Positions 38,985 through 47,121 of a stretch of 64,000 bases of DNA are shown in pieces. The position numbers were made by a program, and so were the translations under genes. The stretch's first letter is position 1, and the number at the start of each line of letters is the position of its first letter. The notes below the pieces were generated by a model. It saw nothing but the letters and a program-made list of their open reading frames with translations, searched no databases and was not told the origin of the DNA. The stretch lies in the sequence record LR756511.1; one strand, written 5' to 3'.

Positions 38985-39539
38985 TTACCTCGCAAATCCA
39001 AAAGGCTGAATATACGATTTAGGCAAAACAGAGTTTACCCCCCAAGTGCCTTCACAGCTGTACAATACCAGCTTTGGCATCGTGATCTTGACGCCTTTGG
39101 GAACATTGGGAGTTCGCTTGATTTCGTCTAAAACTCTATCACGGTCAGATTTCGTGAACGCTGCGGCCTGTGACCAAGTTTGCATTGGAGGATCAGGATG
39201 TTCAAGCACAAAATTTAAATTTTCTCCTGGTTTGATGTCCAAAAGAATGTCGCTTTCCGAACCGCTTTGAAGCGCCCTATTCAGAGCAGTCCATTTTACC
39301 TTAACAGGCACCTTACCTGTATTTTTGATCGAATACATATAAGTGTACGTGTCGCCCGACTTGCTAACCTTTGATATAAGCTCTACAGCACAATCGTTAA
39401 CAGAAATATTTTGTTTAAACTCTTCATCTAACTGAACACTACCCATGAACAATGCCGCTGTTGTTAATGCTGTCAATAATCCTAAAGCCATTATATATCT
39501 CCATTCATTAATTTCTCTTCTTTGTGGAAATAATCCCAC
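38985..39539 (-). CDS. Putative exported protein
   Basis: Signal-like [15 protein letters not shown]. Confidence 0.6.
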   Translation of the reverse strand: MGLFPQRREINEWRYIMALGLLTALTTAALFMGSVQLDEEFKQNISVNDCAVELISKVSKSGDTYTYMYSIKNTGKVPVKVKWTALNRALQSGSESDILLDIKPGENLNFVLEHPDPPMQTWSQAAAFTKSDRDRVLDEIKRTPNVPKGVKITMPKLVLYSCEGTWGVNSVLPKSYIQPFGFAR

Positions 39540-39715
39540 AGTGTTTTTTCTATGGATTCCATATTTTTCTTCATTCCTTCAATTAACTCTACTTCGTAGG
39601 GGGCTAGTTCGCCCAAGTAATGTCGTTCAATGCAATCTAGGTAAGTTTTCATTTGCACGTAGACGCCCATTAACATAGAATGGCGCACGCGGACATTCCC
39701 TAACTCTTGCATCAT
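39491..39715 (-). CDS. Hypothetical protein
   Basis: SD GGAGGAG, 74 aa. Confidence 0.65.
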   Translation of the reverse strand: MMQELGNVRVRHSMLMGVYVQMKTYLDCIERHYLGELAPYEVELIEGMKKNMESIEKTLWDYFHKEEKLMNGDI

Positions 39716-39778
39716 TCTCCCTCCCTTGACGAGAATTTCACAACATTGTAACAGAAATACTATATATTACAAGGGGTA

Positions 39779-40324
39779 ATGATGAATTTTGCACAATGGG
39801 TAGAAAACGAAATGACACTCCCTCTTCCTGACGCGAAACAGTTTTCGTACATCGCTTGCGTTCTTGACGAGATGAGTCAAACTCACTTAGAGAGCGCAAC
39901 GAAAAAGTGGTTTTTCGAATTTTTCGGCCATGACGTGCCGCCTAGCTGGAGTTGGCGATGTCACCATATGACCGTTCTATTCCGTCAAGGCGGCATTCTA
40001 ACCGAAGACTTAGAGAAGTATCGACAATACTTTGGTGATAATGTTGTACTACACATTAAAGCTATTGTGGCCGACGATAATGCGGTTGCAGCCCTTGTTC
40101 GCCCAAATATCAATTTCCCAATACAGAACCCAATTCCGCATATAACCATTGCGCACTCTAAGAGCGTATCTCCAGTTTATAGCAATTCTTTGTTATTAAA
40201 CAGAGAAAAGTTCCATAAGGTTGAAACTGTAGATGTAAACTCAGTTTTTGCGGCTGTTAAAAAGAACCAGACGGATATTTGGCCCGAAAAACCGTTTAAG
40301 CTAGCAAGTCCCGTAAAATCCTAA
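39779..40324 (+). CDS. 2H phosphoesterase (cyclic phosphodiesterase-like) with CTS-like leader
   Basis: Two HxT motifs (HHMTV, PHITIA); N-terminus MNFAQWVENE. Confidence 0.75.
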   Translation: MMNFAQWVENEMTLPLPDAKQFSYIACVLDEMSQTHLESATKKWFFEFFGHDVPPSWSWRCHHMTVLFRQGGILTEDLEKYRQYFGDNVVLHIKAIVADDNAVAALVRPNINFPIQNPIPHITIAHSKSVSPVYSNSLLLNREKFHKVETVDVNSVFAAVKKNQTDIWPEKPFKLASPVKS

Positions 40325-40335
40325 CTAGATACGGT

Positions 40336-40986
40336 ATGTTCCAGAAACTACACGAAGATGCAGATTTAACATATTTTAAGCATTTCGCTACCCAAAGAGA
40401 TAAAAGCGAGAGCGTTCCTTACGCTGAAGACTATTTCAATAAATATGTGGCTTATGAGAATTCTGAAATTTCAAAAAAGCTAAATCAGGGACGAGTGCAA
40501 ATCACAGAGAAATACTGCAAAAAAGCACTTTTGGATGTGGGTATCGGTTCTGGTGAGTTTATTAAATGTTCAAAATTAAAGGTCTATGGAACCGATATAA
40601 ATGAAGTAGCAATTGACTGGCTTAAATTTCACAAACTATATGTTGATCCATACAAAGCGGTTCCGTCTGATGTGGATGGCTGGACGTTTTGGGATAGTTT
40701 AGAGCATTTCCGCGAGCCACAGGATATTTTAACCAAAATTCCAGAAGGTAATTATGTGTTCATTTCTATGCCAATTTTCCACAATATTATGGAAGTGAAG
40801 GCAAGTAAGCATTACAGGCCAAATGAACATTACTATTACTTTACATCAATTGGTTTGATGGAATACATGAAGCAGGGTGGCTTTACGTTAGTAGAACATA
40901 ATGACCAGGAATCAAAAGCGGGTCGTGACCAAATCTTAACTTTTGTTTTCTGGAAGCATTATCCACTTAAGCGGTATATCGCCTAG
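40336..40986 (+). CDS. Class I SAM-dependent methyltransferase
   Basis: LLDVGIGSG, GTDIN, WDSLEHF, HYYYFT. Confidence 0.8.
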   Translation: MFQKLHEDADLTYFKHFATQRDKSESVPYAEDYFNKYVAYENSEISKKLNQGRVQITEKYCKKALLDVGIGSGEFIKCSKLKVYGTDINEVAIDWLKFHKLYVDPYKAVPSDVDGWTFWDSLEHFREPQDILTKIPEGNYVFISMPIFHNIMEVKASKHYRPNEHYYYFTSIGLMEYMKQGGFTLVEHNDQESKAGRDQILTFVFWKHYPLKRYIA

Positions 40987-41157
40987 TTCGCTGGCGATTT
41001 CTTTCTTTGTGGCGTTAGACATGCCTTTTTGATATTGAATTCCGATTACCCATTGACCTTTTTCATTTGTGGTTAGCTTTGTGCTTTCAAAGAAAGGTCT
41101 TTTCTTCAACCATTCTGAATATTGTTTCTCAAGTTTTTTCAGGTGATCGTACGTCAT
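40936..41157 (-). CDS. Small hypothetical protein
   Basis: 73-aa ORF. Confidence 0.55.
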   Translation of the reverse strand: MTYDHLKKLEKQYSEWLKKRPFFESTKLTTNEKGQWVIGIQYQKGMSNATKKEIASELGDIPLKWIMLPENKS

Positions 41158-41518
41158 TCTTTCCTCGCTCCCTTACTTGAACATAAAAAATGAAGGAATT
41201 AGGGAGTGGTTGCTCTGTATTTTTGTCCACTTGTTGATGGTATTTAACATGCAGTCGTGTATCTCCCTGGTCATAGTTTACCAAATCTTTGATTCTCGAT
41301 ACAATAGAATTTATAAATTGTTGGGTTCCTGTGACTCTAACTCCATCATATGTTAGGGTTGAACCCTCTATATTAGAAGGCACAATTTTAAATGGTTGTA
41401 TTGGCGCATTTGGCGGTAAACGATTCCAGAAGGATAGAATCTGCTCTTTATTTGCTCTCCAAGGTTTAATAGGAGCTACGATCTGACTTTGCTCGCACCA
41501 CTCCCTGAAACTTAACAT
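41129..41518 (-). CDS. Hypothetical protein with CTS-like leader (MLSFREWCE)
   Basis: CATAAATA 4 nt before ATG. Confidence 0.7.
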   Translation of the reverse strand: MLSFREWCEQSQIVAPIKPWRANKEQILSFWNRLPPNAPIQPFKIVPSNIEGSTLTYDGVRVTGTQQFINSIVSRIKDLVNYDQGDTRLHVKYHQQVDKNTEQPLPNSFIFYVQVRERGKNDVRSPEKT

Positions 41519-41525
41519 ACCTTAT

Positions 41526-41852
41526 TTATGTATTTTTGTGGAGAATTACCCAAAATGGTTCTTTAGGTTGAGCAATTTTATCATGTAGAACATATAAATT
41601 CAGCCTGTGATACAAGCGTGGCATTTTTAAAACGCCTTCGATGCCGTAGCGGGTATAACGCAAGTGATGCGCTATACCCACTTTCGGCGCGAACTCTGCT
41701 GGATATCGTGGCTGCTTTCGATCAGGATAAATGACCGAAAGGACAGTAGGCATTCGATCATACCATCCTTTCGTTTCTGGCGTATTTTTCACCAAAACCA
41801 CTTCCTTTTCGATTATCGTATATGCTCGCTCAAGCCAATAATTATTCATCAT
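41526..41852 (-). CDS. Hypothetical protein
   Basis: 108-aa ORF downstream of RF gene. Confidence 0.6.
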   Translation of the reverse strand: MMNNYWLERAYTIIEKEVVLVKNTPETKGWYDRMPTVLSVIYPDRKQPRYPAEFAPKVGIAHHLRYTRYGIEGVLKMPRLYHRLNLYVLHDKIAQPKEPFWVILHKNT

Positions 41853-41854
41853 AC

Positions 41855-42633
41855 TTATTTATTTACGATTAATAATTCGAATTGGCCCTTCTTTAATATT
41901 GCATCTACGTTAGAAACTTTCTTGTTGGTCCTATGATCCGTTACCCTATGTTCCAACAAGTTATAGGTTCTAATCTTGTTGCCACGGTTCCCATCCATCA
42001 ATTCCTTCCGCATTTGTGAATAAACTGACTTATCCTTATTCTGGATATAATCATTCACCTTTGCGGTTAGAATCTTCAAGGCTTCTCTCTTGTTACTGTG
42101 TTGGTCCCTTCCGTTTATGAAGACTTGAATTCCTGTCGGCTTATGAGTCATTCTAACGGCGGATGCTGTCTTATTCTGATGTTGCCCACCTGGACCATGC
42201 CCGCATTGAGTTACTGTATCCAATTCCCCTTCAGGAAGTGGTTTAAACTCATGTTGTGGAGGTAACGGAAGAATCGCAACCGCCACTACGGACGTTTGCT
42301 TTCTTCCCTTCGTTTCAGTTGGAGGGATACGCTGGATTATATGTTTTCCAGTTTCGTATTTAAATTTCTTCCCTGCATCCTTGCCAGAAACTTTGGCAAC
42401 AACATGACCGTTCTCCGAATCCAGAATTTCCACTTCTAGATTTGAGTTTTTGGCATATTTTGTGTATGCCGAGAATAGATCGTAGCAGAAGAGTTTCGAG
42501 TCCTCCCCGCCACACCCAAATTGGATTTCTAAGATGATTTCGTTAGCTTTGTCAAAGACGGTCTAACGGCGAAGTGGTTGCGGGATTTGCGGCTGAGTTA
42601 AAGACACACCTGATTTTTAACTTTCTTCTTCAT
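41855..42633 (-). CDS. RF1-like peptide chain release factor lacking domain 1, predicted via two +1 frameshifts (258 aa)
   Basis: SD AAAGGAGG + ATG 42633; CTT-TAA-C 42603..42597; CTT-TGA-C 42557..42551; ILEIQFGCGGEDSKLF, KYETGKHIIQRIPPTETKGR (PxT), GPGGQHQNKT (GGQ), IRTYN. Confidence 0.85.
42551..42557 (-). promoter_or_regulatory. RF2-type +1 frameshift site #2 (CUU UGA C)
   Basis: In-frame CTT TGA C after shift #1; RF1-like P-x-D-x-x-D...ILEI spans the junction; no obvious internal SD. Confidence 0.75.
42597..42611 (-). promoter_or_regulatory. RF2-type +1 frameshift cassette #1 (internal SD + CUU UAA C)
   Basis: AGGTG-TGT-CTT-TAA-C mirrors E. coli prfB AGGGGG-TAT-CTT-TGA-C spacing. Confidence 0.75.
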
Positions 42634-42664
42634 TTTTGCTTCCTCCTTTGATCTATATAAAAGC

Positions 42665-42991
42665 ATGAAGACAGTTGCGTTCTGGACCTTCCTTAGTTTG
42701 CTAATTCTGATCCATTCTATAGATATGGAACTTACCAGATATTATATTGGAAATCAATGGACAAATGAAACTTTTCCCCTAATGCGATATACCATCAAAT
42801 ATTGTGGTATTTACAACGCCATTTGGGTTAGTCGCATCTGTAGCTATATTTTCTTCTTTATTTGCTATATTTATCGGAACAATGATAAGTTGCTTTACGC
42901 TATGTTTCTCATTACTATTTTGTATTATGTAGCAATGGTAGACTGGTTATTTAGTCTAAATTTAGTTACTTGGCCGCTTCCGCCTCAATAA
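42665..42991 (+). CDS. Small integral membrane protein
   Basis: Three hydrophobic helices; D...T.Y......E..PLMR. Confidence 0.7.
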   Translation: MKTVAFWTFLSLLILIHSIDMELTRYYIGNQWTNETFPLMRYTIKYCGIYNAIWVSRICSYIFFFICYIYRNNDKLLYAMFLITILYYVAMVDWLFSLNLVTWPLPPQ

Positions 42992-43244
42992 ACCACATAT
43001 GTCGGATAAAATTCCACACATCTTCGGCCTGTTTCCAGGTGTCTAGATCACAACCTTCTGGTTTGTAATTCTTATGCCAGATAGCGAAGGCAATCTTTGA
43101 AACGATTGTTTTCTTTACTAGTTCGAAGTCTTTTGCCTCTGGCAAGACCGTATATGGTGGAAATGCGGCAAAGTGTGGAAGTTTATGCACTTCTCGATAT
43201 AGTTCTTTACGCCAATCCATGAGTTCGGCAGATGTAAAATCCAT
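42966..43244 (-). CDS. Hypothetical protein
   Basis: 92-aa ORF. Confidence 0.6.
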   Translation of the reverse strand: MDFTSAELMDWRKELYREVHKLPHFAAFPPYTVLPEAKDFELVKKTIVSKIAFAIWHKNYKPEGCDLDTWKQAEDVWNFIRHMWFIEAEAAK

Positions 43245-43291
43245 AGTTACCTCAGCTTAAATGGAGTAAGACCTGTACAAAATATCAGAAT

Positions 43292-43319
43292 TTGACAAAC
43301 CGAAAATTCGTAGTAAAGT
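43292..43319 (+). promoter_or_regulatory. sigma70-type promoter
   Basis: TTGACA-16 nt-TAAAGT, 5 nt before ATG 43325. Confidence 0.55.
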
Positions 43320-43324
43320 AGGGT

Positions 43325-43546
43325 ATGAACAACTGTGAATCCTGCCGATGGCATATGGAAAATACCAATCCCGAAGAAACGCCAAGCTTTGTTCGGGGGT
43401 GGGTGTGGGACCATTTGTTAAATTGCGAAGCCTGTAAAGATTGGGCGTGGGACAAACTTACACTAGAGCAAAAAGAACAAGTAGATCGAAATAGTCCGAG
43501 TGTTCCTCAAGAAATGCATTTTTGTTTAAATAAAGACTCTAATTAA
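43325..43546 (+). CDS. Small Zn-finger-like protein
   Basis: CESC...HLLNCEAC. Confidence 0.6.
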   Translation: MNNCESCRWHMENTNPEETPSFVRGWVWDHLLNCEACKDWAWDKLTLEQKEQVDRNSPSVPQEMHFCLNKDSN

Positions 43547-43872
43547 CCTTGCGGTTGCTGCCACTGTTGGTATTTTGCCATCCAAGGTTGTTTAGCAACT
43601 TCCAACGCTTGTTGTACAGCCTGTGCCAAGTTCATTTGTCTGCCCTGTATCACTCGTTGTAACCCATCTAAAGTCTGTTGTTCTTGTCCCCGTTTCATTT
43701 GAAGTAATTGGTCTAGTGCCGCTTTTGTCGCGGTATCCGCATCACTCAACATTCCAGCATATTGAGGATATTTCGCAGCCAGTCCTCCCACTTTGAATGG
43801 ATTCTTTACCCAATCCCATACTCCTTCATCTAGTGGATGCTTTTCTACAATCCATTCCGCGAATGTCTTCAT
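43543..43872 (-). CDS. Q-rich protein with CTS-like leader (MKTFAEWIVE)
   Basis: Start re-assigned to ATG 43872, 4 nt after CCTAAATA. Confidence 0.7.
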   Translation of the reverse strand: MKTFAEWIVEKHPLDEGVWDWVKNPFKVGGLAAKYPQYAGMLSDADTATKAALDQLLQMKRGQEQQTLDGLQRVIQGRQMNLAQAVQQALEVAKQPWMAKYQQWQQPQG

Positions 43873-43887
43873 GCCATATTTAGGCAC

Positions 43888-44190
43888 CTAAGACGGATTT
43901 TCACGACCATCCCAATAATCGACATGCTCCTCCATGATCGTGTCCATATCATGATCTTCTAGATAGTCTCTATAACGAATATCGAATTCATCCTTGCTAT
44001 CCATCCAGAATATCTTCTTGCAAGACCAACAACGACAACCATCCCTTATATCAGGATAGGTACGCTGGGAATGGCTATCGTATAACCAGTTTTTTGCGTT
44101 ACATTTCGGACAGTAGCCTTTTCGCCAAAACTCGCAAAATTCCTGAATATATTGGTCACTCATAATAATGTTCTGCCCAAACTGAGCCAT
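43888..44190 (-). CDS. Zn-ribbon hypothetical protein
   Basis: CPKC...CWSC. Confidence 0.6.
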   Translation of the reverse strand: MAQFGQNIIMSDQYIQEFCEFWRKGYCPKCNAKNWLYDSHSQRTYPDIRDGCRCWSCKKIFWMDSKDEFDIRYRDYLEDHDMDTIMEEHVDYWDGRENPS

Positions 44191-44687
44191 CTTTAGTATA
44201 GATTACAGTTGTCGCAAACGGATGTCTAAATGCCGACCAAATGATAAGGCGGCACACCTTGCTAAAAAATAGCATTGTGAAAAGAATGAACAAAGGGATC
44301 AACACGAACCACATTTTTCACCTTCTGTCGTAATCGTCCTTTGGGACGGCTCTTGCATCTGTGTTATAGTAAACGGTTGTGGACCCCATACGAGTATCGT
44401 ATTGCGGCTCACCCTGTTCATCACAACCACACACTAGTCTGTCATCTGATCCTCCCAGCTTATTTTGATGGTCGTTGTGGCGATGGTCCGATTTTATGTG
44501 TGTAATAAATGTGGTAAGCCACAATTTTTACACTGAAAGAAACCTCTTGTTCTTGGGCCGTACGCTGGTTTACCACACCAAGGAAACCATACACCGCACC
44601 AAATACAACGGAACCAACTATAGATGAAATAACGAAATAGGAAATTAACTACAGACCACAGTAAGTCCACGGTCATAGTGATTGTCT

Positions 44688-45203
44688 TCATTTTAAGCAC
44701 TCCTTTAGGTCTTCATCAATGTTGAAGCCTTTGTGACGAAAGATAACTTCATCCTTCTTCTTCTTGTCAACTATATATATCCCGCCACGGTCTAATGGCT
44801 CATAGTTCTCTTTGTTAAATACGCTATAATAAACAGATAATTCGTGACCCTTGTATTTTCCCTGGATTAATCGCAAGTAAGGCAGCACATCTTCCACCAA
44901 AGCCGACCTTAGTTTCTTACGAATGTCCCCATAAACAGGGAAAACAGCCAATCCACGGCTAAAACTCAGGTCATTGTCCCAGGTGTTTATATGCTCATGT
45001 TTATACTCATGATATTCCAATAACGGCAATATGGCGTACCACCAATTAGGACGTTTTGGAAGGTCGATAGATGGAAGCCAATTATTGTAATACAAATCCA
45101 ACATATTAACATCAAGAGTTTTAATCACATCACTGGTTTGTAAAACGTGACTAAAACCCTTGGGCAGTTTTGTTTTCCTGATTCTTTTCTCAAACGGCGT
45201 CAT
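44688..45203 (-). CDS. Hypothetical protein
   Basis: 171-aa ORF coupled to rplL stop. Confidence 0.65.
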   Translation of the reverse strand: MTPFEKRIRKTKLPKGFSHVLQTSDVIKTLDVNMLDLYYNNWLPSIDLPKRPNWWYAILPLLEYHEYKHEHINTWDNDLSFSRGLAVFPVYGDIRKKLRSALVEDVLPYLRLIQGKYKGHELSVYYSVFNKENYEPLDRGGIYIVDKKKKDEVIFRHKGFNIDEDLKECLK

Positions 45204-45595
45204 TTCAAGCTGACCTTTCCGCCCGCTTCTTCTAACTGAGCCTTCAGTTTTTCTGCTTCAGCCTTTGGCAATGCATCCTTGACCTTGGCAGGCGTTCCAG
45301 GCAATGCATTAATCGAAGCCATTGCATCTTTCAAGCTTGCGCCCGTAATCTCACGGTAAGTCTTGATAACGCCGATTCGCTTCGAATCTTCAGTATAACC
45401 GTCCAAAATGACATCAAATTCAGTCTTTTCAGGCGGCTTTTCTTCTTTTTTCTCTTCTTTCTTTACTTGTGGAATGTTCGGCGGCTCAATACCGTAATTC
45501 GTCTTCAAATAGTCCAGTAATTCATTAGCAGCATCGGATTTTAACCCAACGAGTTGCGTTCCGATTTCCACGACTTCTGACGACCATTCTCGCAT
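45200..45595 (-). CDS. rplL: Ribosomal protein bL12 (L7/L12)
   Basis: NTD A.EL.DYL..YGIEP; CTD KTEFDVIL..IGVIKTYREITG.SLKDA..KAEAEKLKAQLEEAGGKVSLK; SD GAGGTG. Confidence 0.93.
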   Translation of the reverse strand: MREWSSEVVEIGTQLVGLKSDAANELLDYLKTNYGIEPPNIPQVKKEEKKEEKPPEKTEFDVILDGYTEDSKRIGVIKTYREITGASLKDAMASINALPGTPAKVKDALPKAEAEKLKAQLEEAGGKVSLK

Positions 45596-45729
45596 GTCTC
45601 ACCTCACTAAAAAAGTCAAAATTATCAATGCAAATAAAAGGCCAAACAATGCCGCTTTCGTTGCATGTCTTTTAAGTTCTGCCTCTATAAAGCACTTAAT
45701 TGCTAACAAAGAAAATATTATGAAATCCA

Positions 45730-45948
45730 TTACATCCTGATTGTTTCATCCACTTTCGCCATTCCTCTAATTATTAGGTATGGTTCCATATGGGTGTCGT
45801 TTTTCCGTTTATATTCTTCTTTTGCTCTTTTTAATTCATAGTATGTTTTTTCACTACAAATCCATTGAATATACCGATGGTTTGTAGCGTCCCATACTGT
45901 AAGGCTATACCTTGGGGGCAGCTTTGGCCCCAAGTCTTCGCATTTCAT
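45730..45948 (-). CDS. Small hypothetical protein
   Basis: 72-aa ORF. Confidence 0.55.
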   Translation of the reverse strand: MKCEDLGPKLPPRYSLTVWDATNHRYIQWICSEKTYYELKRAKEEYKRKNDTHMEPYLIIRGMAKVDETIRM

Positions 45949-46487
45949 AGACTGCCCTCTACAAGTTCCTTATACAAGCCATCCACAAAAATTCGAAAAT
46001 TTGGGTCCGTAGCCTGATCGCTTATTATACCTTGTCCCTCATACGGTGTCCAGTCACTATCTTGCATCAACCCAGCTAAGACGCGAACTATCGCCGCACA
46101 TTTTTCATCTTGGCTAAGAATACCTAGATTTCTTTTTGCCCTCAATATTTCCTGCCAAGTAGAACCAGGACTTTCAATCAATACGACACAGGAAAACTTA
46201 GGAGGTTCGGGCAAATTTATCTGAATGGAAGGAATAATTGGTTGAATTACGACACAGGAAAACTTAGGAGGTTCGGGCAAATTTATCTGAATGGAAGGAA
46301 TAATTGGTTGAACTACTGAAATGTCAAAAGAAAGGTTGAAATCACTCTCGCAAGTCATTTCGAACTTTGGTGGTGGCCCAAACTCTATGGGAGGAAAGTC
46401 AGGAACATGCGTGACTAATTTTTCTGGTATAAATGCTTTACTCGGCGTCTCCATTTTCACACTTCCTAATGAACTGCTGTATATCAT
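45945..46487 (-). CDS. Pro-rich hypothetical protein with internal 22-aa duplication
   Basis: VV.QPIIPSIQINLPEPPKFSC twice. Confidence 0.55.
   Translation of the reverse strand: MIYSSSLGSVKMETPSKAFIPEKLVTHVPDFPPIEFGPPPKFEMTCESDFNLSFDISVVQPIIPSIQINLPEPPKFSCVVIQPIIPSIQINLPEPPKFSCVVLIESPGSTWQEILRAKRNLGILSQDEKCAAIVRVLAGLMQDSDWTPYEGQGIISDQATDPNFRIFVDGLYKELVEGSL
46182..46312. repeat. Tandem duplication, 66-bp period
   Basis: TACGACACAGGAAAACTTAGGAGG...GGTTGAA repeated; in-frame within CDS. Confidence 0.9.
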
Positions 46488-46785
46488 CTACAATATACTT
46501 ATTTATCTTATTATCATCAACAACGAACCAAACTTCATTTAAATTATCTTTGTCCCAAATCACGCTTATCATATCTGTGCCACCGCAATCATCTGGAATA
46601 TCTTCGTCCCACGCCTTCTTCGCGTTCGCGTCTTTATAAACGAAAAGCCAAACTTGGTCAGGAAGGGCAGAATCCAATTCTGTGACCATGTTCGGCCAGT
46701 GATCTTCAATCAGTATTTCTACAAGACTTGGATTGAGTGGAACGGTTTCCCACTTGACACAGATATCACAACCATGAATTTCCAT
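46438..46785 (-). CDS. Hypothetical acidic protein
   Basis: 115-aa ORF. Confidence 0.6.
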   Translation of the reverse strand: MEIHGCDICVKWETVPLNPSLVEILIEDHWPNMVTELDSALPDQVWLFVYKDANAKKAWDEDIPDDCGGTDMISVIWDKDNLNEVWFVVDDNKINKYIVDDIQQFIRKCENGDAE

Positions 46786-46815
46786 GTCATTATATAAGTT
46801 TAACTTATACGGAAA

Positions 46816-47064
46816 TCAATTTTTTTCTCGGTTTGTTAGCTCTTTTTCGTAATCGTCAATTTCTTTAACAAGCTTCTGAAGACGAATTTTGTATTGCTCT
46901 GCTTCTTGCATGGTTTTTAGCTCTATACTACAGGAATTTCCATTGTTTCTATGGACAATCTTTAGGCGAACATCATTCCCTGAGCGTGTGTAATGGACTT
47001 CATCGCTCGGTCCATCACAGCCAAGGATTGCCAATGCCGCCACAACGAAAAGTAGTTTTTTCAT
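46816..47064 (-). CDS. Putative lipoprotein
   Basis: MKKLLFVVAALAILGC lipobox. Confidence 0.7.
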   Translation of the reverse strand: MKKLLFVVAALAILGCDGPSDEVHYTRSGNDVRLKIVHRNNGNSCSIELKTMQEAEQYKIRLQKLVKEIDDYEKELTNREKN

Positions 47065-47070
47065 TCCGTT

Positions 47071-47099
47071 AATTTAGCTTTACAGCTGGGTAAAATCAA
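47071..47099 (-). promoter_or_regulatory. sigma70-like promoter
   Basis: TTGATT-17 nt-TAAATT, 6 nt before ATG 47064. Confidence 0.45.
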
Positions 47100-47121
47100 C
47101 TTCAATCCGATAAATAACCTT

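Noticed and set aside
41855-42433. PrfH or ArfB identity for the short release factor
   Set aside because: It retains RF1-specific KYE.G.H..QR.P.TE..GR and PxT motifs; no RtcB neighbour.
42433-42633. Release factor starting at GTG 42433, or reached by a -1 shift plus amber read-through
   Set aside because: The GTG start discards ~40 conserved domain-2 residues. The -1 route has no slippery heptamer, hits TAG, and loses the P-x-D homology found in the +1 frame.
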